A DNA stretch of 64,000 bases from contig CALRBE010000003.1 in NCBI GenBank assembly GCA_943354005.1, positions 30,153 to 94,152 of the forward strand. Reading direction: 5' to 3'. Shown here in pieces: positions 56,674-64,000 of this stretch (position 1 is the stretch's first letter; the number at the start of each line of letters is the position of its first letter). This DNA comes from an uncultured Candidatus Saccharimonas sp. GTDB taxonomy: Bacteria; Patescibacteriota; Saccharimonadia; Saccharimonadales; AWTP1-31. The notes beneath the pieces were generated by a model. That model was not told the origin of the DNA. It saw only the letters and a program-made list of their open reading frames with translations, and did not search any database. A program made the translations under genes and the position numbers.

Positions 56674-59172
56674 ATGTTTTGGTACAAAGAAAGTATTGAA
56701 GAAGTATTTACTACGCTTAGTGCGTCTCAAGATGGGTTAAGTACATCTGAAGCAGCTAAACGCATTATTAAATATGGCGAGAATAGGTTAGAGTTTCGCT
56801 CCAAGCCGATTTGGAAAATAATATTAGAACCATTTTCCAATATTTTTGTAATTGTTTTACTAGTAGCTACGGTTATTAGCTTGCTAAGCAACGAGATCGT
56901 AGATGCGACAATTATTAGTTCAATTATTCTAATTAACGCAATTATTTTTTATACACAGCAATATACTACATCTCGAGTTTTAAGAAACCTCAAGAATCAA
57001 ACTATACAAAAAAATACAGTACTGCGAAATGGGGCCTTTGTTAAGGTTAGCTCGATCCTACTGGTACCTGGAGATATTATTCAGCTGCAGGAAGGAGAAC
57101 GAGTTCCAGCAGATGCAAGAATTATCAAAGCTGAAGCCCTAGAGGTTAATGAATCCTCTTTGACTGGAGAGTCCATACCGGTATATAAAAGACCGGGTCA
57201 TTTTGAAGATAATAAAGCAATATTTGAACGCACAAATCTACTGTTCCAAGGCACTTATATTGTAGCCGGATCTGCAGAAGCAATAATTGTCGCAACAGCA
57301 AATAGTACCGAGTTCGGTAAAATTGCAGCCCTTTCGGTTCAAGAAAAATCGAAAAGTCCACTTGAGGAAAAAGTTAATAAGCTGATCAGTTTTATAATTA
57401 AAGTTATTGGTGTTGTTGCAGTCATAGTCTTTACACTTGCAGTAATAAGAGATATTCCATCAGGAGAAGCACTTCGTTTTGCCCTATCACTAACAGTGTC
57501 AGCCGTACCAGAAGGATTACCTATAGCATTAACTGTGATAATTGTTCTTGGCATGCGTCGGCTAGCTCGAAAAAAAGCGCTTGTTAGAAATTTTCAGGCA
57601 ATAGAAGACATTGGACTTGTGACCACAATTGCAACAGATAAAACAGGAACCCTGACTAAAAATCATTTATCAATTGCCGAATACTGGTCTCCTAATCAAT
57701 CGATTAAACTTGAGGAAATGGCTGGTAAAACAATTGATATGACCCAATCCCACCATGACCCGCTTGATATAGCAATATCCGAATCATCTAAATATAAGTC
57801 TGTTGTTTCAAAATACTATCCATTTGATATGAGTCTACGCATGAGCGGAGCATACGTTGCAGATGAAAAATACATTTATATCAAAGGAGCTCCCGAGCAT
57901 ATACTTAAAAATTCTAAAGTATCTGCTACCGATAAAGCTAAGGCTGAATCAAAAATGCACGAGCTAGCAGCTGAAGGCTACAGGGTTATTGCAATTGCTC
58001 GCTATAAAACTACAATTGTCCCTGATTCATTAAAAAAAATAACCATGCAGCATACAGAGTTTCTAGGGTTTATTAGTCTTGCAGATGAACTCAGAAATGA
58101 AGCCGCTCCAGCTGTGCGCTTAGCTCATGAAGCCGGCATAAAGGTACTGCTCATATCAGGTGATCATTACGAAACTGCATACAACATTGCAAAAAAGGTA
58201 GGTATCGCCCAGCACCCAGATCAAGTAATCTCTGGTGAAAATCTTCCGAATGACCATCGGGTTCTTGCTCAAACCGTAGCAACAAAAACGGTCTTTGCAC
58301 GCATTTTACCTGAAGACAAATTTAGAATATTACAAGCCTTGAAGCAGACTGAAATAACTGCAATGACAGGTGACGGTGTTAATGACGTCCCAGCAATCAA
58401 CAATGCCCATGTTGGTATTGCAATGGGTTCAGGGAGTGATATAGCCCGCGATGCAAGTGGCATAGTGTTACTTAATGATAACTTTGCGACAATCGTTACT
58501 GCTATAGCTGAAAGTAGAAAAATTTTCGGTAATATCAAAAAAATGCTTTTCTATCTATTATCTACTTCGCTTGGGGAAGTCATGACAATGATTGGGGCAC
58601 TACTTTTTGGTCTGCCGTTACCTGTAACTGCAATACAGATTTTATGGATCAACCTTGTGACTGATACGGCGATGGTTATTCCACTTGGTCTTGAGCCCGA
58701 AGAAAAAGATATCATGCAGCGACCCCCAAGAAGAGTAAAAGACCCTATACTTCAAAAAGTTCTCATTACACGCATGATTGCTGTGGCTAGCGCTATGGCA
58801 GTAGTAACATTGATTACCGTCTACATACTCTCTAATCGGGGCTACTCAACGGAATACATTCAAACGATTACATTTACTGCACTCATAGCAGCTCAATGGA
58901 TGAATGCCTTTAACGCACGTAGTGAATCAGAGTCATCATTGAAACGATTAGCCGTATTTAATCCCGGTATGTTGATTGGTTTAACAATTGGCTTTAGCTT
59001 GCAGATGCTCGTACTTTTTGGGCCATTAGGAAGCTACTTCAATATTCAAAAAGTTCCATTAATGTCTCTTCTGGTACCGTCAATTATAATGGTACTCGTA
59101 GTGTTTAGCGTATCGGAGATACATAAGCTAATCACAAACAAAAGTACTGATATAAAAACGGCGCCACGGTAA
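56674..59172 (+). CDS. P-type cation-transporting ATPase (type II, Ca2+/Mg2+-like)
   Basis: DKTGTLT phosphorylation motif, TGES actuator motif (SLTGES), MTGDGVNDVPA hinge. 832 aa. Confidence 0.9.
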   Translation: MFWYKESIEEVFTTLSASQDGLSTSEAAKRIIKYGENRLEFRSKPIWKIILEPFSNIFVIVLLVATVISLLSNEIVDATIISSIILINAIIFYTQQYTTSRVLRNLKNQTIQKNTVLRNGAFVKVSSILLVPGDIIQLQEGERVPADARIIKAEALEVNESSLTGESIPVYKRPGHFEDNKAIFERTNLLFQGTYIVAGSAEAIIVATANSTEFGKIAALSVQEKSKSPLEEKVNKLISFIIKVIGVVAVIVFTLAVIRDIPSGEALRFALSLTVSAVPEGLPIALTVIIVLGMRRLARKKALVRNFQAIEDIGLVTTIATDKTGTLTKNHLSIAEYWSPNQSIKLEEMAGKTIDMTQSHHDPLDIAISESSKYKSVVSKYYPFDMSLRMSGAYVADEKYIYIKGAPEHILKNSKVSATDKAKAESKMHELAAEGYRVIAIARYKTTIVPDSLKKITMQHTEFLGFISLADELRNEAAPAVRLAHEAGIKVLLISGDHYETAYNIAKKVGIAQHPDQVISGENLPNDHRVLAQTVATKTVFARILPEDKFRILQALKQTEITAMTGDGVNDVPAINNAHVGIAMGSGSDIARDASGIVLLNDNFATIVTAIAESRKIFGNIKKMLFYLLSTSLGEVMTMIGALLFGLPLPVTAIQILWINLVTDTAMVIPLGLEPEEKDIMQRPPRRVKDPILQKVLITRMIAVASAMAVVTLITVYILSNRGYSTEYIQTITFTALIAAQWMNAFNARSESESSLKRLAVFNPGMLIGLTIGFSLQMLVLFGPLGSYFNIQKVPLMSLLVPSIIMVLVVFSVSEIHKLITNKSTDIKTAPR

Positions 59173-59230
59173 TCTAATTTATTCTTTCTCAATTGCACGG
59201 ACGCCGTGGTAATCGGCTGTAGGGGAGTGC

Positions 59231-59611
59231 TTACGAAATTTCACTATACATGCACAAAATATAGCCATCAGGGTCTTGTATCGTGAATTCTCTATACCCC
59301 CAAGGGTAGTCTTTAGGGCTAGAAAGTGCCCGTATATCCTTCTGAGTAATCTGATCATAAAAAGTATCAACATCAGTAACATTAATCTGTAAATACGAGC
59401 CTACACCTTTTGAGGAAGCATTACTGTGTAGTTTGTATTCTTCCGTTACCACCTTGTCTATGCTAAGTAATTCAACCCAGAAATTCTGTAATCCAATAGT
59501 GATCGCAACATCAGGCACTGATTTAACTACTGTGAAACCTAAATCAGCATAAAACTTAGCAGAGCGTTCAATGTCTTTTACGAGCAATATAATTCCAGCT
59601 ACTTTTTCCAT
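59231..59611 (-). CDS. VOC-family (glyoxalase/bleomycin resistance) protein
   Basis: MEKVAGIILLVKDIERSAKFYADLGFTVV beta-alpha-beta-beta-beta start. 126 aa. Confidence 0.6.
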   Translation of the reverse strand: MEKVAGIILLVKDIERSAKFYADLGFTVVKSVPDVAITIGLQNFWVELLSIDKVVTEEYKLHSNASSKGVGSYLQINVTDVDTFYDQITQKDIRALSSPKDYPWGYREFTIQDPDGYILCMYSEIS

Positions 59612-59664
59612 AGCTTTATTTTACTACATGATTTGAATTAATAGCTCATACGTTTTACTATGTA

Positions 59665-59928
59665 TTATTTAGCACTCTTACGATGGGGACATCCAGACCA
59701 GCAACATGGTCTTCTCTTACCGGCTAGAAGTGCAGTAACCGTTCGCTGAATATGATTACTCCTAGTTTCAGGCCTCTTATTAGTGACTACCCAACAAATC
59801 CATTCATTACGTGCAAGGGGAGTTAGGTCTTCCCATCTTTCAATTACTGATTCGTCTTTTTTAAGTGCACCAAGTAAATCTTCAGGAATTGTGTGTACTG
59901 CTCCCTGGGATATTTTTTGTGTTTGCAT
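59665..59928 (-). CDS. YdeI/OmpD-associated family protein (putative)
   Basis: RWEDLTPLARNEWICWVVTNKRPETRSNHIQRTVTALLAGKR resembles the YdeI C-terminal pattern. Confidence 0.4.
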   Translation of the reverse strand: MQTQKISQGAVHTIPEDLLGALKKDESVIERWEDLTPLARNEWICWVVTNKRPETRSNHIQRTVTALLAGKRRPCCWSGCPHRKSAK

Positions 59929-59966
59929 ATTTATTATTTTAGATCAGCTAACTGACTTATACTACT

Positions 59967-60401
59967 CTAACTTTTTTTAGATTTAGAACAAACATTACAG
60001 AATCCATCAATTTCGAATTGGTGATGTCTTGGCGTGAAACTAAACTTATCGGTAACTGATTTTATAAATTCATTAATGTGCTGTTCGTCTTCAATATCAA
60101 TAACTTTGCCACAACTAAGACAGCTAAGGTGGTGATGGTGATCCATAAAGTTATCTGATAATTCAAGTTTATATTTCCATCCAACATAGATACGATTAAC
60201 AATACCTAGTTTTTCGAATAAATCTATGTTGCGATACATTGTTACACGATCGACCTTATCCTGTGACTTTGCGATTAATGTTGCCATGGATTGAGGTTCT
60301 GGGCTTAACAGTGCGGAAAAGGTATTCTCACGAGCTTTAGTAAGTTTATAGCCTTTATCAGATAAAATATTTTTCAAACTCTGAATATTAGTGACTTTCA
60401 T
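59967..60401 (-). CDS. Fur-family transcriptional regulator (Fur/Zur/PerR)
   Basis: Winged-helix N-terminus. HHHH...C..C...C..C metal sites (DHHHHLSCLSCGKV...CNVC). Confidence 0.8.
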   Translation of the reverse strand: MKVTNIQSLKNILSDKGYKLTKARENTFSALLSPEPQSMATLIAKSQDKVDRVTMYRNIDLFEKLGIVNRIYVGWKYKLELSDNFMDHHHHLSCLSCGKVIDIEDEQHINEFIKSVTDKFSFTPRHHQFEIDGFCNVCSKSKKS

Positions 60402-60421
60402 GTTTCAATTATACATCTAAA

Positions 60422-60436
60422 TGCAACAAAGTTGCA
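60422..60436. promoter_or_regulatory. perfect 6-3-6 palindrome TGCAAC-AAA-GTTGCA in the divergent fur / 60467 intergenic region (candidate operator)
   Basis: Inverted repeat seen directly. Located 31 nt upstream of the 60467 ATG and 21 nt upstream of the fur start on the other strand. Confidence 0.35.
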
Positions 60437-60466
60437 ATTACAAACCCATTATTTTAGTATTGAACT

Positions 60467-61309
60467 ATGTCTGAAATACTAACTCAATCAAAAGCCGAAG
60501 ATGCTATCTCAATAACACAAGACTTTCTACAAGAAGAACGTGGTGCTTATATTGATGGTGATTTCGCCAGCTTTCAAGTTGCTGAACGAATCACATCTAT
60601 TGGCGGTAGGGCTGAAACAGTGCTCACTAATACTCCACACCCTAGTCTAGAAGGACTTTACGTACCATTAAGTAAACATAACTCAGATACCTATGATGAG
60701 GCCGTTGCAGTTCTACCTGGCCACATGGTACTTGTACCATCAGCACTAGTTGAAAAAGGCACCTCATTTTTATACCCAGCAGCTGTAAGCGAAGATGGTT
60801 TAAAAACACAAACGATTCGACTTCATGTGCTCAAACAACCCTATAATCAAAAGATACAATATGGAGCGGCAATGATATTATCTGCCGCAGGCCAATCGGA
60901 GACTAAGGGAGTAGGGGTCCATGGCAAAAAAAGCAACGACGGCATCGAAGCCGAGCATTTCGCAACGCTTCTTGCCGCTGGAAGCGATAAGACAGTACAA
61001 GAAGCCTGGAAAGCTGGAGTTCATATAAACCACGCCTGGAGAGAGAAAGACTCTAATTCTGTAATAACTGAAGTATCTAGCAGGCTCTTCGGTAAGGATA
61101 TTCCTCAAGATACCATTACCCTCACAAAACATCAGATAGAAAGCGGTAGAGCTATGCTTTTATGGCATGAGGGTATGCGAAACGAAGCAGGGGATCCAGA
61201 AACTGCCACCCAAGCAAAAGCTCTTGTCGTGATTCAAAGTTTAGGGTTTGAAGCTTTACGAGCAAGTAGCCCTGACAGTATTGATAATGTTAAGGCACTA
61301 ATATCATGA
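60467..61309 (+). CDS. hypothetical protein (divergent from Fur-family regulator)
   Basis: 280-aa ORF. Overlaps the next gene by ATGA. Confidence 0.45.
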   Translation: MSEILTQSKAEDAISITQDFLQEERGAYIDGDFASFQVAERITSIGGRAETVLTNTPHPSLEGLYVPLSKHNSDTYDEAVAVLPGHMVLVPSALVEKGTSFLYPAAVSEDGLKTQTIRLHVLKQPYNQKIQYGAAMILSAAGQSETKGVGVHGKKSNDGIEAEHFATLLAAGSDKTVQEAWKAGVHINHAWREKDSNSVITEVSSRLFGKDIPQDTITLTKHQIESGRAMLLWHEGMRNEAGDPETATQAKALVVIQSLGFEALRASSPDSIDNVKALIS

Positions 61310-61755
61310 ACACTTTAGAACTTGAAAAACGTCCTGAGGCATCTGTTGAAGAAAATGCTATATTTGGTATGGAGTTTGATTTTGATCTCAACGCAGCCTT
61401 TCAGGGTGCAATATCCGGGGTCGCTAGCGACGCCGAACTTGCACTAGATGAAAAGGTCCGGCGGATGGAGGTCATAATAAATGAAGGAAATAGTGAAACA
61501 TACAGGGATTTTATTGACTTCAGGCAAATAGCTTCTCAAATGCAAATGATTTGCAGCCATGATCATGCACTAGGTCAAATGATGAACGCAAATGATTCTC
61601 TATCTTCTATTTTAGGAAAACATGATGATAATGATGGCCATAACCACAGCAGCCACTCACACGATGAAGATGACGATGACGAGGACGACAGTGACAAAAA
61701 GAAGAAAAGTAAATCACTAAAAAAACGTGGCTGGTTCAGCTATTTCTCTAAATAA
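61306..61755 (+). CDS. hypothetical protein with His/Asp-rich low-complexity region and basic amphipathic C-terminus
   Basis: HDDNDGHNHSSHSHDEDDDDEDDSDKKKKSKSLKKRGWFSYFSK. Confidence 0.45.
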   Translation: MNTLELEKRPEASVEENAIFGMEFDFDLNAAFQGAISGVASDAELALDEKVRRMEVIINEGNSETYRDFIDFRQIASQMQMICSHDHALGQMMNANDSLSSILGKHDDNDGHNHSSHSHDEDDDDEDDSDKKKKSKSLKKRGWFSYFSK

Positions 61756-61804
61756 TTATATAAACATCTTGGGCGAGTAAGGCCATATAGACTCGAGTAG
61801 TTTT

Positions 61805-62485
61805 TTGCTATATCATAAGCGTATTGTAAGAGAAAAAAAGATGCCAAAACAAATAGATAACAAAGAAAAATCTGGTAACAATAAACTGCCGATGAGTACG
61901 GCTAAAAAAGCTGCCATAGCTGTTCTTGCTGGAGCAGCCGTAGTGACTGGTTTTAATATGACCAATAAAGATCCAATTGAAGTACCTGAAAGAGCAGATG
62001 CAAAAACAGAATATGTCGCTCAAGGGTCTGAAGTAGAAATTCCTGGTCTTGAAAAAGGTGATACAGTTCAAATTTTTAAAGGTAATTTCATCCTAGATAT
62101 TGGGAAGGGTAATGTACGAAGTGGCCCATCGGTATATAATGACGCCCGTAATGGCGAAGACAACATTGTTAATTTCGATGGAGTTTTAGACAATAAGATT
62201 GAGCTACAAAATCCAATACTCTATGGAGAGTCAGAGCAAGGTTCAGAAAATCCAAATGGTCGCATTTTAATGTCCACTGTTAATGGTAAGACCATATACA
62301 TATTTGTGGATGCGGTTATAAAAGCAGGAGGAATTCTTGATGCTCAAACGGGTGAGCAAGCATCTTTCGATTCTACTGTCAGTGCTACGATAGATTCAAT
62401 AAGAGCAGACGGCGTGGTTGCTGGATTAGAGGACAACGAAACTATAAGTATAGCGTCTACGCATACTCTCCAAGCCCAGGAGTAA
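61805..62485 (+). CDS. hypothetical secreted/membrane-anchored protein (alternative start at 61841)
   Basis: TM/signal segment AIAVLAGAAVVTGF. A terminator follows the gene. Confidence 0.45.
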   Translation: MLYHKRIVREKKMPKQIDNKEKSGNNKLPMSTAKKAAIAVLAGAAVVTGFNMTNKDPIEVPERADAKTEYVAQGSEVEIPGLEKGDTVQIFKGNFILDIGKGNVRSGPSVYNDARNGEDNIVNFDGVLDNKIELQNPILYGESEQGSENPNGRILMSTVNGKTIYIFVDAVIKAGGILDAQTGEQASFDSTVSATIDSIRADGVVAGLEDNETISIASTHTLQAQE

Positions 62486-62501
62486 AAATTTTAAGATTTT
62501 T

Positions 62502-62531
62502 AAAAAAGCCTCTTTTGAAAGAGGCTTTTTT
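62502..62531. terminator. bidirectional rho-independent terminator (AAAAAGCCTCTTT-TGA-AAGAGGCTTTTT)
   Basis: Perfect ~11-bp inverted repeat flanked by an A-run and a T-run. Sits between convergent genes. Confidence 0.65.
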
Positions 62532-62554
62532 AAAAATGACCGTGCAGCTTGAAA

Positions 62555-62959
62555 CTATTTCTTATCGAAATATGCATCTGCTTTAGATGTGTGGAGCAAG
62601 AAGAGGACAAGTCCACCGAATGTTGCACCCATAACTGAAGTAGCTAGTTGGCTTCCACTGAGTACGATTGCACCCCAGATACCAAATGCAAGGTTACCGG
62701 CTGCAAAGATGCTATATAGTAAACGTACGCCTTTTGAACCGTTATATAGCGCATTCGCTAGAAGAAGTTGGATAACTCCTACGATTAGAACCATGACAGC
62801 AATACTAGTTAGCTCTGTGCGTGTGTAGTCTGTTTTAATTTGATATGAAAGACTGTTTCGCTCAAGCAATGTGAATATTGATGTAGCAATAGAACTTAGT
62901 CCTGATAGCGCGCCTAATGCAGCTACAGTAACGATTGATGATGGTACTTTATTAGCCAT
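62555..62959 (-). CDS. small integral membrane protein
   Basis: 134 aa with four TM helices. Confidence 0.5.
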   Translation of the reverse strand: MANKVPSSIVTVAALGALSGLSSIATSIFTLLERNSLSYQIKTDYTRTELTSIAVMVLIVGVIQLLLANALYNGSKGVRLLYSIFAAGNLAFGIWGAIVLSGSQLATSVMGATFGGLVLFLLHTSKADAYFDKK

Positions 62960-63027
62960 AATATTATTGATCCTATATTAATTATTAATACCTATATAAT
63001 ACACTTCTTAAACTGAAATATGTACTT

Positions 63028-63759
63028 TTAATTTCGTGATGCGAAGAGTAAACGAAGAATTGAGATATATAGCCAGATGAGCGTAACCATCAGACCAAAT
63101 GCTGCGAACCATTCAAACTCTTTTGGTAGCTCTTTTTTAGCTCCTTCATCTATGAAGTTAAAGTCTAGTAATAAGTTAAACGCCGCAATTAAAACTATGA
63201 CGCCTGCAATAACAACTCCAGATGTGCCAATCGTAAGTGAAGCATAAATGCTTGGACTAAATATACCAATTATCCAGGTTAGCAAGTAAAATACCAATAC
63301 ACCTACCGTAGCAATCAAAATAACTGAGCGTAATTTTTCAGTTACCTTAATTAAACCGGACTTATACAGAAATAGCATGGCCATTGTGACACCAATCGTC
63401 AACATAACAGCCTGCACGACAATACCTTGGTACTGATCGTTGAAAATATACGAAATACCACCGAGTACGATACCTTCTAGGGCTGCGTACACAGTAGTTA
63501 ACGTAGGGTTAGGCCCCTTGAAGATTATTACCAAACCAATGATGAAGGCTAAAATCATAGAGCCAATTACTAAACTAGCTCCTGAAGCTGGGTTATTGCT
63601 TGTTATGCCCCAAGATACGGCACCAAAAACCAAGAGTACGGCTAGCAGAAAAGATGTTTTTTGTAATGAGCCGTTAACGGTCATTGTTCCATTTGATTTA
63701 ACATTTTCTCTAACTCTAGCAATGTTAGCTTTCGAAAATACAGGATTTGATGATGCCAC
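63028..63759 (-). CDS. Bax-inhibitor-1/YccA-like seven-TM protein (putative)
   Basis: 243 aa. N-terminal NPVF...polar stretch followed by seven hydrophobic helices; topology and size are typical of the BI-1 family. Confidence 0.45.
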   Translation of the reverse strand: MASSNPVFSKANIARVRENVKSNGTMTVNGSLQKTSFLLAVLLVFGAVSWGITSNNPASGASLVIGSMILAFIIGLVIIFKGPNPTLTTVYAALEGIVLGGISYIFNDQYQGIVVQAVMLTIGVTMAMLFLYKSGLIKVTEKLRSVILIATVGVLVFYLLTWIIGIFSPSIYASLTIGTSGVVIAGVIVLIAAFNLLLDFNFIDEGAKKELPKEFEWFAAFGLMVTLIWLYISILRLLFASRN

Positions 63760-64000
63760 TTATATACTCCTTATTAATTACTTATTATTATAGCAAAATA
63801 CTCAGCCAAGTATCATAAATCTACAGCTATTTAATGAGAGGGCCTTAGTTAGTCGTAACTATAATGATATAATTGACTGCACTAAAGTATTTTTATAACA
63901 GATTGAGAAAAGCTTAATCATGATTGACTTTTACACTAAAATAGTATAGAATATGCAAAATGGAAAATATACCTCCGCCACAGGAACAAGCCCACGATTA

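Noticed and set aside
59160-59220. Imperfect repeats and a hairpin (CACGG-ACG-CCGTG; CCACGGTAATC / CCGTGGTAATC) between the P-type ATPase and VOC genes
   Set aside because: No adjacent U-tract on either strand, so not a convincing intrinsic terminator. Too short and too few copies to call a repeat family.

Overview
This 64 kb window looks like a low-GC, reduced-genome bacterium, possibly a Patescibacteria/Saccharibacteria-like organism. Long ORFs end at all three standard stops, so it uses the standard code, and the window is densely coding on both strands. The core content is a complete F1Fo ATP synthase operon (atpBEFHAGDC, minus strand, 31.5-38.1 kb), SmpB, a UvrD/RecB-type helicase-nuclease, an aquaporin, a P-type ATPase, an ABC exporter pair, a thioredoxin/CcdA pair and a Fur-family regulator. 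There is a Bat-type aerotolerance operon (MoxR-DUF58-TM-VWA-VWA-TPR, 5.8-11.0 kb). A distinctly AT-rich Wzx/Wzy-type surface-polysaccharide cluster sits at 15.1-22.4 kb (flippase, EpsG-like polymerase, GT4, GT2, priming sugar transferase, Wzz-like). Accessory signals include a RelE/Phd toxin-antitoxin cassette bounded by 12-bp direct repeats next to an orphan tRNA 3'-half; a tRNA-Asn(GTT) whose 3' end is repeated 3.7 kb downstream, delimiting an islet with glycosyltransferases, a NUDIX gene and two tandem degenerate cytidylyltransferase-like paralogs; a one-gene Ham1/ITPase cassette flanked by a 31-bp perfect direct repeat copied from the end of the neighbouring NUDIX gene; and toxin/ORF remnants with a duplicated gene-fragment motif. 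The window is unusually rich in NTP house-cleaning pyrophosphatases (3 NUDIX, 1 MazG-like, 2 divergent Ham1-like). It also holds a CofE-like gamma-glutamyl ligase beside an S51 peptidase and an Asp/Glu racemase. All calls rest on reading the translated ORFs and the nucleotide sequence by eye; no database searches were possible.
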